From NCBI RefSeq assembly GCF_964355755.1, contig NC_092670.1:38676388-38740387 (forward strand): a stretch of DNA of 64,000 nucleotides, given 5' to 3'. This document shows, one piece after another, positions 53,472 through 64,000 of this stretch. The position numbers and the translations under genes are program-made. How positions within the stretch are numbered: the stretch's first letter is position 1; every line of letters begins with the position of its first letter. Source of the stretch: Antedon mediterranea (lineage: Eukaryota > Animalia > Echinodermata). The notes under the pieces were generated by a model. It had not been told where the DNA came from. It saw only the letters and a program-made list of their open reading frames with translations, and made no database searches.

Positions 53472-54854
53472 GGAAATTCCAGAAATTCAGTGGTATTATG
53501 AATGTGTTTTTCATGGTAAAAAGATGAAATTTTAATTCAAAGTTGTTTATCTCTCAAGGACAATTAAAAAAACATTGATTCAATTTATTTTCCAAATTGC
53601 AAAGATTATTTGATGAAATAAATGGTTAAAATAAAGCAAAAAGGTAAAAAACCAAAAGAGCAAAGGACAATAAAATAAACAAATACTAAAAGACAAATTC
53701 TTACGCAATGCAAATATAGGCGAACATTTTGTTAAAATATAATAACGCACATTAGATTTTTGCATTGTAACTTAAGTTAATACTGTATAAAATGAGATAT
53801 TGTTTGAATTGATGTTTACACACACATGGTAGGACCCCTCAAAAGGGGCAATTAAAAAGGCTTGCCAGGTCTATTGCATTGTTAGGTCAGTAGTGAGCCT
53901 ATTTTTAATCATTTTAAAATTTTGTATATCTACAGTAATACTAAAATATAGTAAATAAAAATATATATTTTTTATTTTCGCTATAATGAGTGTTATTCTG
54001 CCAAAAATATTTGCAATAAAAGCGTATTGTTTCACTGCCAGTCAGTATAGTTATAGTAATTCATTACTCGTTCTGAGCCAGTTGTATCCTTATCGATGCC
54101 GACTTGTTTCGCCACTAGGACTATGGCCAAAGAGTGCCTTTGTTAATATTATGGCTGTGGTTTGTGATGCCTGTCTTGGTTTGACTTTTATGTGCTTAAT
54201 ATTTGGGTTGAGGCGGCTTTTTCTCAATCTCACAGAATTCCTCATCTTTATCATTTCAAATGAATTGATTAATCAATATTCAGTATATAACTGGGCGGTT
54301 TACAATTTCTTATAATGCCTATACATGTTTACATGCTTTAAAGCTCTGTCTACATTATCAAAGTGTGATGTGCCCAAATATGGTAGTGATATGCCCAAAT
54401 ATGGTAGTGATATGCCCAAATATGGTAGTGATGACATCATCTTGTCCATATATGGGCACATCATATTTTTTTGTCATATAAAATTTGATAGTGTAGACAG
54501 AGCTCAATAATTTTGATTCTTTAAAATGCTATGCATCAAATATGTTCACTTTGGCTAAAAAATAAATAATAGGAAATATTTATTTCTAGCATTGAATTGT
54601 ACAGTGACTACAATAAATGTTTGTGAGTACTGAGTGTCGATGTGTTTACATCAATCAAAGATTATAAAGACATTTTTCTCAAAGGTTGAGACAACTGAGA
54701 ACAAAACTATGTTATTCGTTTAGTGCCCATTTATGGACATAATGATGTCATATCACTACCATATTTGGGCGTATCACCACCATATTTGGACACATCACAC
54801 TTTTTTTTGTCAAACTAGTTTGATAGTGTAGACAAAGCTCAAGATTCGACATGT

Positions 54855-57800
54855 TCATTCATTTTCTTCAATACCAGATAAGCCGTACATCCCACACTTC
54901 CGACCAGCAATCTTACAACCAACATTCAAAGCATCTGATAGAACTCTCCCTCTGTTCAAAGCCCAAATAACGCCAGCATTAAAGGTATCACCAGCACCCA
55001 GTGTGTCTACTACTTTTTCAGGCTTGTAAGCTGGAGCATGATAGATTGTACCATCAACGCCTCTCCCCCAGGCGCCACTGCTACCCCACGCACAGATCAA
55101 GACAGCCCTGTAAATATACAGGAAAAACAAAAAATTTAGTTGATTCCATAACGACCCACATTTTGATCTTCGAAAAATGTTTTTATCTGTTTTTTTACAT
55201 TAACTATCCGTATATAAGTTTTTACGTTAAACCCTTCATGAATGTGTACAATGTTTCAACTTGTTTTCAACAATTCATCTGATTAGATGTAATTGGTTGC
55301 TAAAAGTACTGTAACTTTGCTAGTTGTAGAGCAGCGCCTCCTATTCGTAACATCTAGTTATTGCCAGATGAAGATTTGTTGAAACGTCAAACACGTACGT
55401 GTTCATGAATGGTTTAACGTAAAGAATTATATACGGGTAGCCGAAATTTTGATGTGTGTAAAAAAGACTGCATAGCAGATGTGGTCCTCCACTTGGATCC
55501 ACTTATAAAAGCAGAGCAACAATCTATAATTGCTGCAGTAACTGAAGTAGATTGATTGCTTACCCTTTTCTCAATCCATCATGCAACCCATGCAAAGCAC
55601 TTTCAGATGTTGTATAGCCTCGATTCATGACATACTCCTTACTCACAAATACCTACAAATTAAATGAACATTTGAATGTACACAAATTTGATTTGTTCAG
55701 TACCAGATATTATAATATCATTGATTATAACTTTTTAAAATTGATGATAGAACATTCAGTTGTAGTTTTTCTAATTTAAAACAAAGATGCAGCTGGCGTG
55801 CAGGCCACTGACACCCTGAAGAAACATTGAATGGGAGTCGAGTGTCAACATCCTTAGCAGTTAGTAATGTTAGGTAATTTCCCAATTGGTCGTAAAATCA
55901 AAACGGGTATGACCAACTAGATAGGCTTTCTTTATCGGTGCTTGAATGGATGTTCTGTTGAGCGCATGAACGCTAATTAAACATACCCAGTACCATTTTG
56001 ATATTACAATTAATGGGTAATTACCTTGTGACGTCACAGTTAGTACACTAGTATCAACTTACCACATGTCCTAATGATAGAAGTTTCTCAATATCTGAAG
56101 TCTTTGATTTTTCAAGTTCCACGGACACTTTAATGTCGTCATCATTCATAGAATTGTAGTTTTCAACAAGTTCAATCATCTTTAACACATTTGGTATATT
56201 TCTTCCCTGAAAAATATAGTTAAATGGTTATTCAGACTAAGTTTTAAAGAAAAATTAGAACAGTAGGCCTGCTTTTCACAATGTTTGCAGGCGCGAACTT
56301 AGTACCCCACCTCCCCCAAAATCTTTTTTGAGAGTTAAGAAGTATTAGGTTACATCATGTAAGCAGCAAGTCCCTGTTGAATTTTTGCAGATAAAAAAGT
56401 ATTTCTATATTTATTTTTCACTTTGTACAAAATAAAATAAAATTACCTCAAAATGAATCCAGCTATATTGTGCTAAATTAATTTTTGAAAAATCAGCAAC
56501 ACTGAGTTCAGGTAAAGAACTAAAAGAGTAAATAAACATGAAACATTATGTAAGAATAAGTTGCAAATGAAAAATGCAATCTTAAGCTCTGTCCACACTA
56601 TCAAACTTAAGCTCTGTCTACACTATCAAACTTAATTAAGCTCTGTCCACACTATCAAACTTTATGTGACAATAAAATTGTGATGTGCCCATATATGGAA
56701 ATGATGATGTCATACCACTACTATATTTAGGCATCCAATTACAGTCAGGAGGATAAACTTGTAGTGCTTATTAACGTCTCATTTGAGGCTTAGGAAGTGG
56801 AGTTACAACCCTGGTACTAGGTCAGGATTGAACCCTGGTACTAGGTCAGGATTGAACCCTGGACCTTGGGATTGAAAGGCAAGCACTAGAGATATTCAGT
56901 ATTCGGCACACAGCATTATTTTAACATTAAGTGATCTAATGGTCTTAAGACAATAGTCACACCAAATAAGATCTAACGAGGCAACATTTAATATCAGTAG
57001 AGCATTTCATAATGTATTTATTCTGAATCTTTGCGAACTTTTTTTTTGTGAGTATTTTATATAATGTACCTGTAAAAGATATATAAAAAACTTACTTATT
57101 TGCATGTAATATTGTTCGTAGACCGTTTGTTGAATTTAATATAACGCATGATGTTGGTGGCCGATAGTCATCATGAAAAGAGCAGTTCTCAAACTTTACT
57201 TGGTGTTTATTCAAATCCTCTTTTATTATTCTGTTGAAAGAGAATTGTTTGAAATTGACTTTTAAGAATATGCATAGTTACCAACGTGTCACGCATTTCA
57301 AATCTTTCAGGTTGGTTGTCAAAATTTGTTTTATACTGATTTTGTATTTGTATACTGATTTGGTTCTTTCAATATTCCTGACTGAGGTAACTGTATCAAT
57401 ATATTACAGTTTTAGTGGTTAAGTAGGCACAAACTACTTAAGGCCAATTTACACAGACGAGCGGTAACGGTGAGGGGAAACCGCTTAGCTTGTCCCACGT
57501 AGAATCTGTATATCGTCAGTGAAAACCACATGTCCACTCCATTTGTGTAAATGGTCATATTACCGTCACCGCTCATCCGTATAAATTGGCCTTTATTAGT
57601 AGCATATTGTTCCATGAACAAAACTTAACAATTGTTTTAAGTTCTTATTTTGCATGGGAAGATGGTCTTATGCCAAACCTCTTTTGTCAGAGACTCACTC
57701 ACTCCGATAAAATATGGGAGGCAATAGTTCCAATGTATTCAGCACAACCTCCGAGTTGAGATGCTACCACTGCTGTATTGCTTGCATTTCCACCTCGGTT

Positions 57801-58405
57801 GAAAAACTGTTCAGTTGATCTGATGGGGATGGTGTTTTAGTCATGAAAAAGAAAGTGAAATAGTTAATTAAAGATGTATTGTCTCCCAAAAAAATTAAAT
57901 ATGAAGATTAATAAAATCAGACATTTAATAGGTCATTTTGCAGTTTTAATAAATTTGTTCACTTCTGTAGATTAAATTTAACCAAAAACTCATTGTCTAA
58001 CAGACAATGAGTATTTTTGGCTTTGAATTACATTTTTTTTCAGGTACTAATTTAATTTTGTTTTTCGATCCAGTGTATGGTCAAAGTGAATAACTATTGT
58101 GTGACAATAAAATGACATACTATATTAAAAGGGAGGGGGGGGGGGGAGACAATATATCTTTAACAAACAGGCTAAACCAAAACAAATTGATCAAAAATAG
58201 GATTTTAAAGAAATACTAGGAAAATTATTATTAATATTGATAAAGGTTAAAGGTTAAAGGTTATTGGATCTGAAGAGATGAGACTAGGGATGTGTCCAAT
58301 GCTTATTCACCTTGAATCTGTGTCCTCTTCTGGGTAATGGTCGTGCACATTTATGATATCGAGGCAGGATAGTCCAACGAAAAGCATCCGTTTCTCCGCT
58401 GCCAT
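54855..58405 (-). CDS. KHK: Ketohexokinase (PfkB family), 301 aa; exons 58405-58311, 57819-57703, 57230-57096, 56519-56447, 56206-56063, 55652-55564, 55107-54855
   Basis: VGLSCLDIIN...YPEEDTDSR, RGGNASNT, GLRTILH, WIHFEGRN, VSVELEK, VFVSK, LICAWG, VVDTLGAGDTFNAG. Confidence 0.96.
55137..55505. mobile_element. Palindromic non-autonomous DNA element in the last KHK intron (termini Academ-like)
   Basis: TAGTTGATTCCA ... TGGATCCACTTA ends; internal inverted arms 55206-55260 / 55378-55438. Confidence 0.5.
57441..57592. mobile_element. Harbinger-like MITE
   Basis: AGGCCAATTTACACAGACGAGCGGTAACGG / CCGTCACCGCTCATCCGTATAAATTGGCCT with TTA on both flanks. Confidence 0.8.
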
Positions 58406-58429
58406 TAGTCAGATTGTGTTCTTCACGTT

Positions 58430-58816
58430 TTTAAATCTAGTAGTATAGATTTAGGCCCTACTTAGATATAAATGAAAATAATATAATAAGTATTTATCAA
58501 AAGAACTCTTTTAGTTTATTGAGAATAAAGTCATACAGTGCCAACCCACTGGCTGAATGACTTCTTCTGGTCCGACAACACTGTCGTTAATGAGTTTACA
58601 AAAAACTAGGTTTAGCTCTAAAAGTCAATTTTTAACCCTCACTAGCTGAAGCAAAGAACACACAGCATATGTTATAGATTCTTTGGCTGAAGTACTACAC
58701 AGGGAGAGCTGTGACACAATAGGACAAAGTCTGTATCCTCTTGAATCTTGTCTATTTATTCATGCATGCATGACCTTCAAAACAGGCATGAGTTATGATA
58801 ACATGGCTAAAATAAG
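58430..58816. promoter_or_regulatory. Probable KHK/ABT1 bidirectional promoter and ABT1 non-coding exon 1
   Basis: Donor AAG|GTGAGC at 58816/58817 pairs with acceptor TTCCTTGCAG at 61574 just before the ABT1 ATG; KHK ATG at 58405 on the opposite strand. Confidence 0.5.
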
Positions 58817-59281
58817 GTGAGCCCTCTATACAAAAGAGCGATTAAAGGTTTATTTGGACGGAAAAATTGACATGTGGTCAAAGATGTTTGATGTGGTGGT
58901 GTATGAAACGTGAATAACCATTGTTTACAAATTCTTACATATAAATGTTTTGACGTGATATGTTTTTAGTTTAATTTGGTTAGTTCAGTAGTAATTCTGT
59001 CACTACAAGTTGAAGTAGTAGTGTGTTTAGGCTATTTATTGAAGGCCTAGCTTATAATATATTAAAAAAGTTATACTGTACTACTAGAGGCCTACCTGGC
59101 TAGGCCTAGATAGCCTAGTAGTAGCGGGTTTCTAGAGAGAGTAGGCCATGGAGGTATACCTCCATGAGTAGGCGGTAATTCGAGCGGTTCGAGCCTATCT
59201 TTGCTACTACTAGCTACGCCTAGGGTAGTTATTAGGTACCGGCGTACCGTATATACGGACGCTGGCGAGAGTAGAGGGTAA

Positions 59282-61491
59282 AGGCTGGTTTCCTGTCGAC
59301 GTAAGAACATCACTTTTGTTGCGACTACGTCGATTTGTCGTAAGAAATGCGGATTTTACAGGAAACCGATTACGATCGAAAATTTATAAAATCGACGCAA
59401 CGTAAGAAAAATGGTAACGACAAACGATTTTACAGGAAACCGATGACCTAACAATTGTTGCGTTACGACGTTTTCTTCCGATTTTACAGGAAACCGGGAT
59501 TTTTTATCTTACGCTTGAATGAACGCCCTTGCGTCACGTTTCTTACGTCTCTTACGAAAGTTGACTTGAAGTCAACTTTCGCAAGAGACGTAAGCGCAAT
59601 CGTAACAAGCAACCAATGAGCGACAAGAGTTATGACGTAATGTGTATGTCCTTATAGTGAAATAAAGCCGGACAATAACATTTGTATGTATTTACTACTA
59701 TAATTTTAGCCTAATCATGTTCTAATCAGGGAGTTTTAGGGTTGAGGGATGGGAAAGCGGATAGGTGCAAAGAGGAACAATTTTTAAATATATTCTTTAT
59801 GCACTCAGTAACGAAATATTTTTTTCATGTTTTATAGGCCTATAAATAATATACCTCTAAATACAGTAAAACATTTGCGATTTAATACTTTGTTAAAACT
59901 GTCACTGTCATAATCGATTGAAATATAGTCACGATACACCACTACGACGTTTATATTTTTGGTAATTATTAATTAATACAAACGTTGAGAAGGAACTGTC
60001 AGTATAGTTTATTTGTATATAATAATGTGTTTATATATCTAACAGTAGAGCCTATCCACAATCTCAGTAATAAGTTTATTTGTATATATTTTTATATTAC
60101 ATCTAACAGTACGAACATTCACAGTAAGAAATGTTCGATTCAAATGAGGACCAAAAATAGGTAATTATGTATTTACAGTATTGTTCAAGTTTATTCTCAA
60201 AGGGCCCATATATTTACCTACCGTATGTGTTAAACCAAGGGCTCATAAATTTACCTACTTTTTTTAAACCAAACTCTGGCAGACTGTATGAGATTGGGAT
60301 GTTCCATTCATCGCAAATTAATACATTTGTATAATCGTATATTAAATCAAAATAGTATTTTTTAAAGAAAATCGGCCTGTCTTCAACATTATGATGCTGT
60401 ACTCTAGCTGTTCAACCGGTTTTCAGCTATTAAAAACAATTATCGTAGGAGGAGATTGGAAAATGCGAAGCCTCCTCGCATTTTTGTAGCGGGTATTTTT
60501 CAAGATGGACATCCATTATTAGACAGTGTATACCACGATCGGAAAACACCCCTATTTGGGGCAAATCGTTGAACCTAAATTCGTTTTAATCGTCAATAAC
60601 TAATTATCTAACTTAATTTAATTAGTAAACAGGGTTACATCAGGTGGTTAAAATCAGTACCGAAAGTACGAACCAACTTTATATACCATCGAGTAAAAAT
60701 TCTAGAAGTAAAGCGCGATTTACCGAATTTTGCCCTTACGTAAATTTATATATAGATTATAGGCCTGTAAATAATGGGTATCTTACTGCGGTAGTAGGCC
60801 TACTATCTCATGCTCGATTAGATATGCTTATAGGCCAATAGGCCAATGCCTAGTTTAGGGCCTAGGTAGGTCTAATAATAATAGGAATCTCGAAATGATT
60901 TGCCTTTTTTTAATTTTGAAAACTATTTAAGGCTAGGCCTAGAGGGCCAGGATAATTAATTCATATTTTGATTCATACAAATAATACATAGGCCTTCTAG
61001 CCTAGGCTAGTTTGATTATTTGGTCAAATCAATTCCTATTAGTACGGTACCGTACAGTATTAATTAAGTATTTTACTAATACTGGCCTAGCTTATCTACT
61101 GAAAATAACATGTTGGTGTGCTGCACTGACAGGTAGGCTACAATAACAACATTCAACATTTTGCGCGAAAAATGATAAAACCCGCTCTAAAAAGAAACAC
61201 CAATCAGAGATGTTGTTTCAAATACGTCATAAATCCGACCGACGTAAGAAAAAAATTTTCAACTTTTGTAACAACACTAAAATCGACGTAAGCATACGAC
61301 GTGTGTTTCACAGCCAAAATTTCAACTTTCGGGAGCAGCATAACTACAGATGTTTCTCTGCGGCCCGACACGATCTTGACTAACGTCAACGACGTCAATT
61401 TTTTCTCAACTTTCGTAAGAGACGTAAGAAACGTATGAAACGCAAGAATCGTTGCAAAATTCGACTTCTTACGTCGACAGGAAACCAGCCT
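59282..61491. mobile_element. 2.2-kb non-autonomous PIF/Harbinger-like element
   Basis: 26-bp perfect TIR AGGCTGGTTTCCTGTCGACGTAAGAA; TAA TSD (59279-59281, 61492-61494); subterminal ACAGGAAACC and CGTAAG repeats; no transposase ORF. Confidence 0.88.
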
Positions 61492-61582
61492 TAAGGGCCA
61501 ACACTATTATGGTATTATAGAGGCTAGGTAGGTAGCTACTGTAAACCTAACTGTGTTACCTTATTTCCTTGCAGCTGTTATC

Positions 61583-63062
61583 ATGTCTGATAAAAACAAC
61601 GAAAACTGTTTTGAAGATGATGAAATAAATGAAGAAGACAGTGTCAGTGAAAAAGAAGAAAATGAAGCAGAAGAAAGTAATGAAGAAAAAGACAGTGATG
61701 AAGAGAAGGATGATGATGATGTAGAAAAGAACAGTGATGAAGAAAAAGACAGTGATGAAGAAAATGACATTAGTGATGAAGAGGACAATCTGTTTAAGAA
61801 AGAAATATTGTCTGCTTCCTTAAAAAGACGGCAAAATAAAAAAGAAAATCCAGGAATTGTTTATCTTAGTAGAATTCCAATGTTTATGCGACCCAATCGA
61901 TTAAAACTTATATTCAGTGAATATGGACAGTTGGGCCGAATCTACCTACAACCAGAAGGTGTGTTACTTTAATTCCAATGGCATAGGGAAGGGGAGGGGA
62001 GGAGAGGGGAGGGGCCGGGGAAGGGAGGAGAGGAGAGGGGAGGGGCATGTGCCACTGTGGTAGAAGAGTTATGCCTATGAAAAGTAAAAAAACTCTTTAT
62101 TATGATTGTTGGAACAGTTTAAAAACAAGGACACCACCAGACATGGATAGCATAATTGCTTGTGATCTGCTAGACTTGCTCCAAGTCTGTATTTATTGTC
62201 TTTTTTATGTTATTCCATACGTCGTCGTTTTGTTTTTTTGTCAGAAAACATCCAAACTCAAGTAATACACATATGAAACGCCATATGTGCAAAAATATAC
62301 TAATATTAAGACAAAACTCCATCTGCCCAGACTAGTGATCTGGTGGTACATGTTCCGATTCTTGAAAATTTAGTTCTACATCCCAAAATGTGCACCAGCC
62401 CCATTCCCAAACCAGCCTATGTTGTTATAATAATAATATATATTTATTTTTTACTGATTTACACCGTTTTGTAGAGTACTTGAATTAAATAGTAGTAATA
62501 ATAGTATTCTTTAAAAAATATAGTTCGAAAGTGTATTTTTATTTCATATTAAACATTTTTTTTTATAGAAAAGTACAAAAAAGATCACCGCAAGAAGAAA
62601 ACCGGTTCACGCGCAAAAATTTTCACCGAAGGTTGGATTGAATTTAAAAACAAGAAAATTGCTAAGAGGGTAGCGTCGACGTTCAACAACACAAAAATCG
62701 GCGGCAAGAAGACTAGCAGACAATATGACGATATCTGGAACATGAAGTATTTAAGTCGATTTCAATGGAGTCATCTAGTAGAGAGGTTAGAATATGAGAA
62801 TGCAGTCAGAGATCAGAGAATGCGTACTGAAATTAGCCAAGTCAAAAAAGAAACAAACTTTTTCATCAAAAATATTGAAAAGAAAAAAGTGCTGGAAAAA
62901 TTGGAAGACAGGAAAAGAAAGAAAGGCGAAGAATGGACGAGTAAGATGAGGAGTTTTAAACAAAGAAAAACCGATGAGAAACATAGTTTATCAAAAGCAT
63001 TAAATGAACATAAAAAAAAGGCTGTCAGTTCAGATTTTCTACATAAAATATTCCAGGCATAG
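61583..63062 (+). CDS. ABT1: Activator of basal transcription 1 / Esf2, 289 aa; exons 61583-61958, 62569-63062
   Basis: Acidic N-terminus; PGIVYLSRIP...GRIYLQPE; FTEGWIEF; DDIWNMKYLSRFQWSHL...RMRTEISQVKKE. Confidence 0.96.
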
Positions 63063-63203
63063 ATTATGCTCATCATGGATTTTATTGTATCTATTTAATT
63101 TGATCGCCATGGTTAATAATAAACAGTATTAAATGTATGAAAAATCACTGGATGGGGGTACCTCTTATTCAGTAGTTATCCATCAAAACTACACCAATTC
63201 ATT

Positions 63204-64000
63204 AACTAGACATGTAACTCGTCACTTTGACGAGTTTGGTTATCCGCCGCGCAAGTGGTGCAACATTAACATTAAAGGGATAGGTTGAGGACAAAAGGAA
63301 GTGTTCACGTTGGCATTATGACCTGAACTGAAGAATATGATATGTTGTTATTGCTGAATTTTATTATTTAAATTCATATATAGTATACACAGTATAATCT
63401 GTATCCATATCACATACAGTGTAGAATAGGTGAAATTACTGGACCCGCTATTTATTGCAATTTTTAACATGTTGACGGTTTTAAAATGAAACGCGAAGTT
63501 AGCAATTCCGAAAGAAAATTATCTCAGCAACAACGTATTAGCGTGTAGAAGAAATTTGAATACGTGAAATATTGATGCGCGCTCTTTTAAATGTAATGAA
63601 TTATGACGCAAAAGATGAAAATACGACCTTTTTTATTTAACTGGCCATATGATGACGTCACAACATCCGATTGGCAACACTTTTACATAATTTCGTATCT
63701 ACAATCCAATAGCTTCCAGTAAAAGTTTTAATCGTGATTATCACATTTTATTCTTACGAGCTATAACAGATTAAAATTTACTGTAAAGATGAAATTGATG
63801 CCACACGTGATTTAAATTTTTAGGCATGATGACGTCAAAAAAATTAAAATATTTTTAACTCATGCGAAAGATAGTTGATTGACCTACACAATATCAAAAT
63901 CGGGGTGAAAATGGAAAACGGATAAGTGGAGATGCGCTCTATTCAATGTGATGAGCTATGACGAAAGATACAAAAATCCTAAATTTTATATTCGCGTGAC
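63204..64000 (-). mobile_element. Diverged Helentron/HINE relative, truncated by the window end
   Basis: AACTAGACATGTAACTCGTCACTTTGACGAGTTTGGTTATCCGC terminus and body blocks similar to copies 1-3 (GATGACGTCA, GATAAGTGGAGATGCGCTCTATT). Confidence 0.75.

Noticed and set aside
42497-58405. KYNU-KHK metabolic gene cluster
   Set aside because: Unrelated pathways (tryptophan versus fructose catabolism), convergent orientation, no evidence of coupling
61561-61788. Ser-rich minus-strand ORF
   Set aside because: Antisense of the acidic ABT1 N-terminus

Overview
AT-rich, intron-rich animal genomic DNA, probably a marine invertebrate deuterostome (inferred from gene structure and a Deu/Nin-type SINE; not proven). 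Seven spliced protein-coding genes lie in strictly alternating orientation: ferritin (+, with a 5'UTR iron-responsive element), EF1-alpha (-, TOP start), DENND3 (+, about 27 exons), RITA1 (-), kynureninase (+), ketohexokinase (-) and ABT1/Esf2 (+). Two identical intronic tRNA-Thr(TGT) genes sit in inverted orientation around one DENND3 exon. Introns are dense with non-autonomous transposons (several PIF/Harbinger MITE families, Kolobok-like TTAA MITEs, Helentron/HINE copies, a MULE-like foldback, SINEs) and minisatellites. No prokaryotic system, CRISPR array or intact transposase is visible. The most unusual signals are: 20-36 bp CCA...TGG palindromic micro-insertions with 5-bp target duplications; abundant TA-CTG/CAG-TA and TAGG(C)CTA motifs resembling transposon excision footprints, the latter clustered at gene 5' ends; twin in-frame 72-nt candidate cassette exons in DENND3; several duplications built from splice sites; and hairpin-packed EF1-alpha introns. 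Exon coordinates were derived by hand from GT/AG signals and reading-frame continuity.
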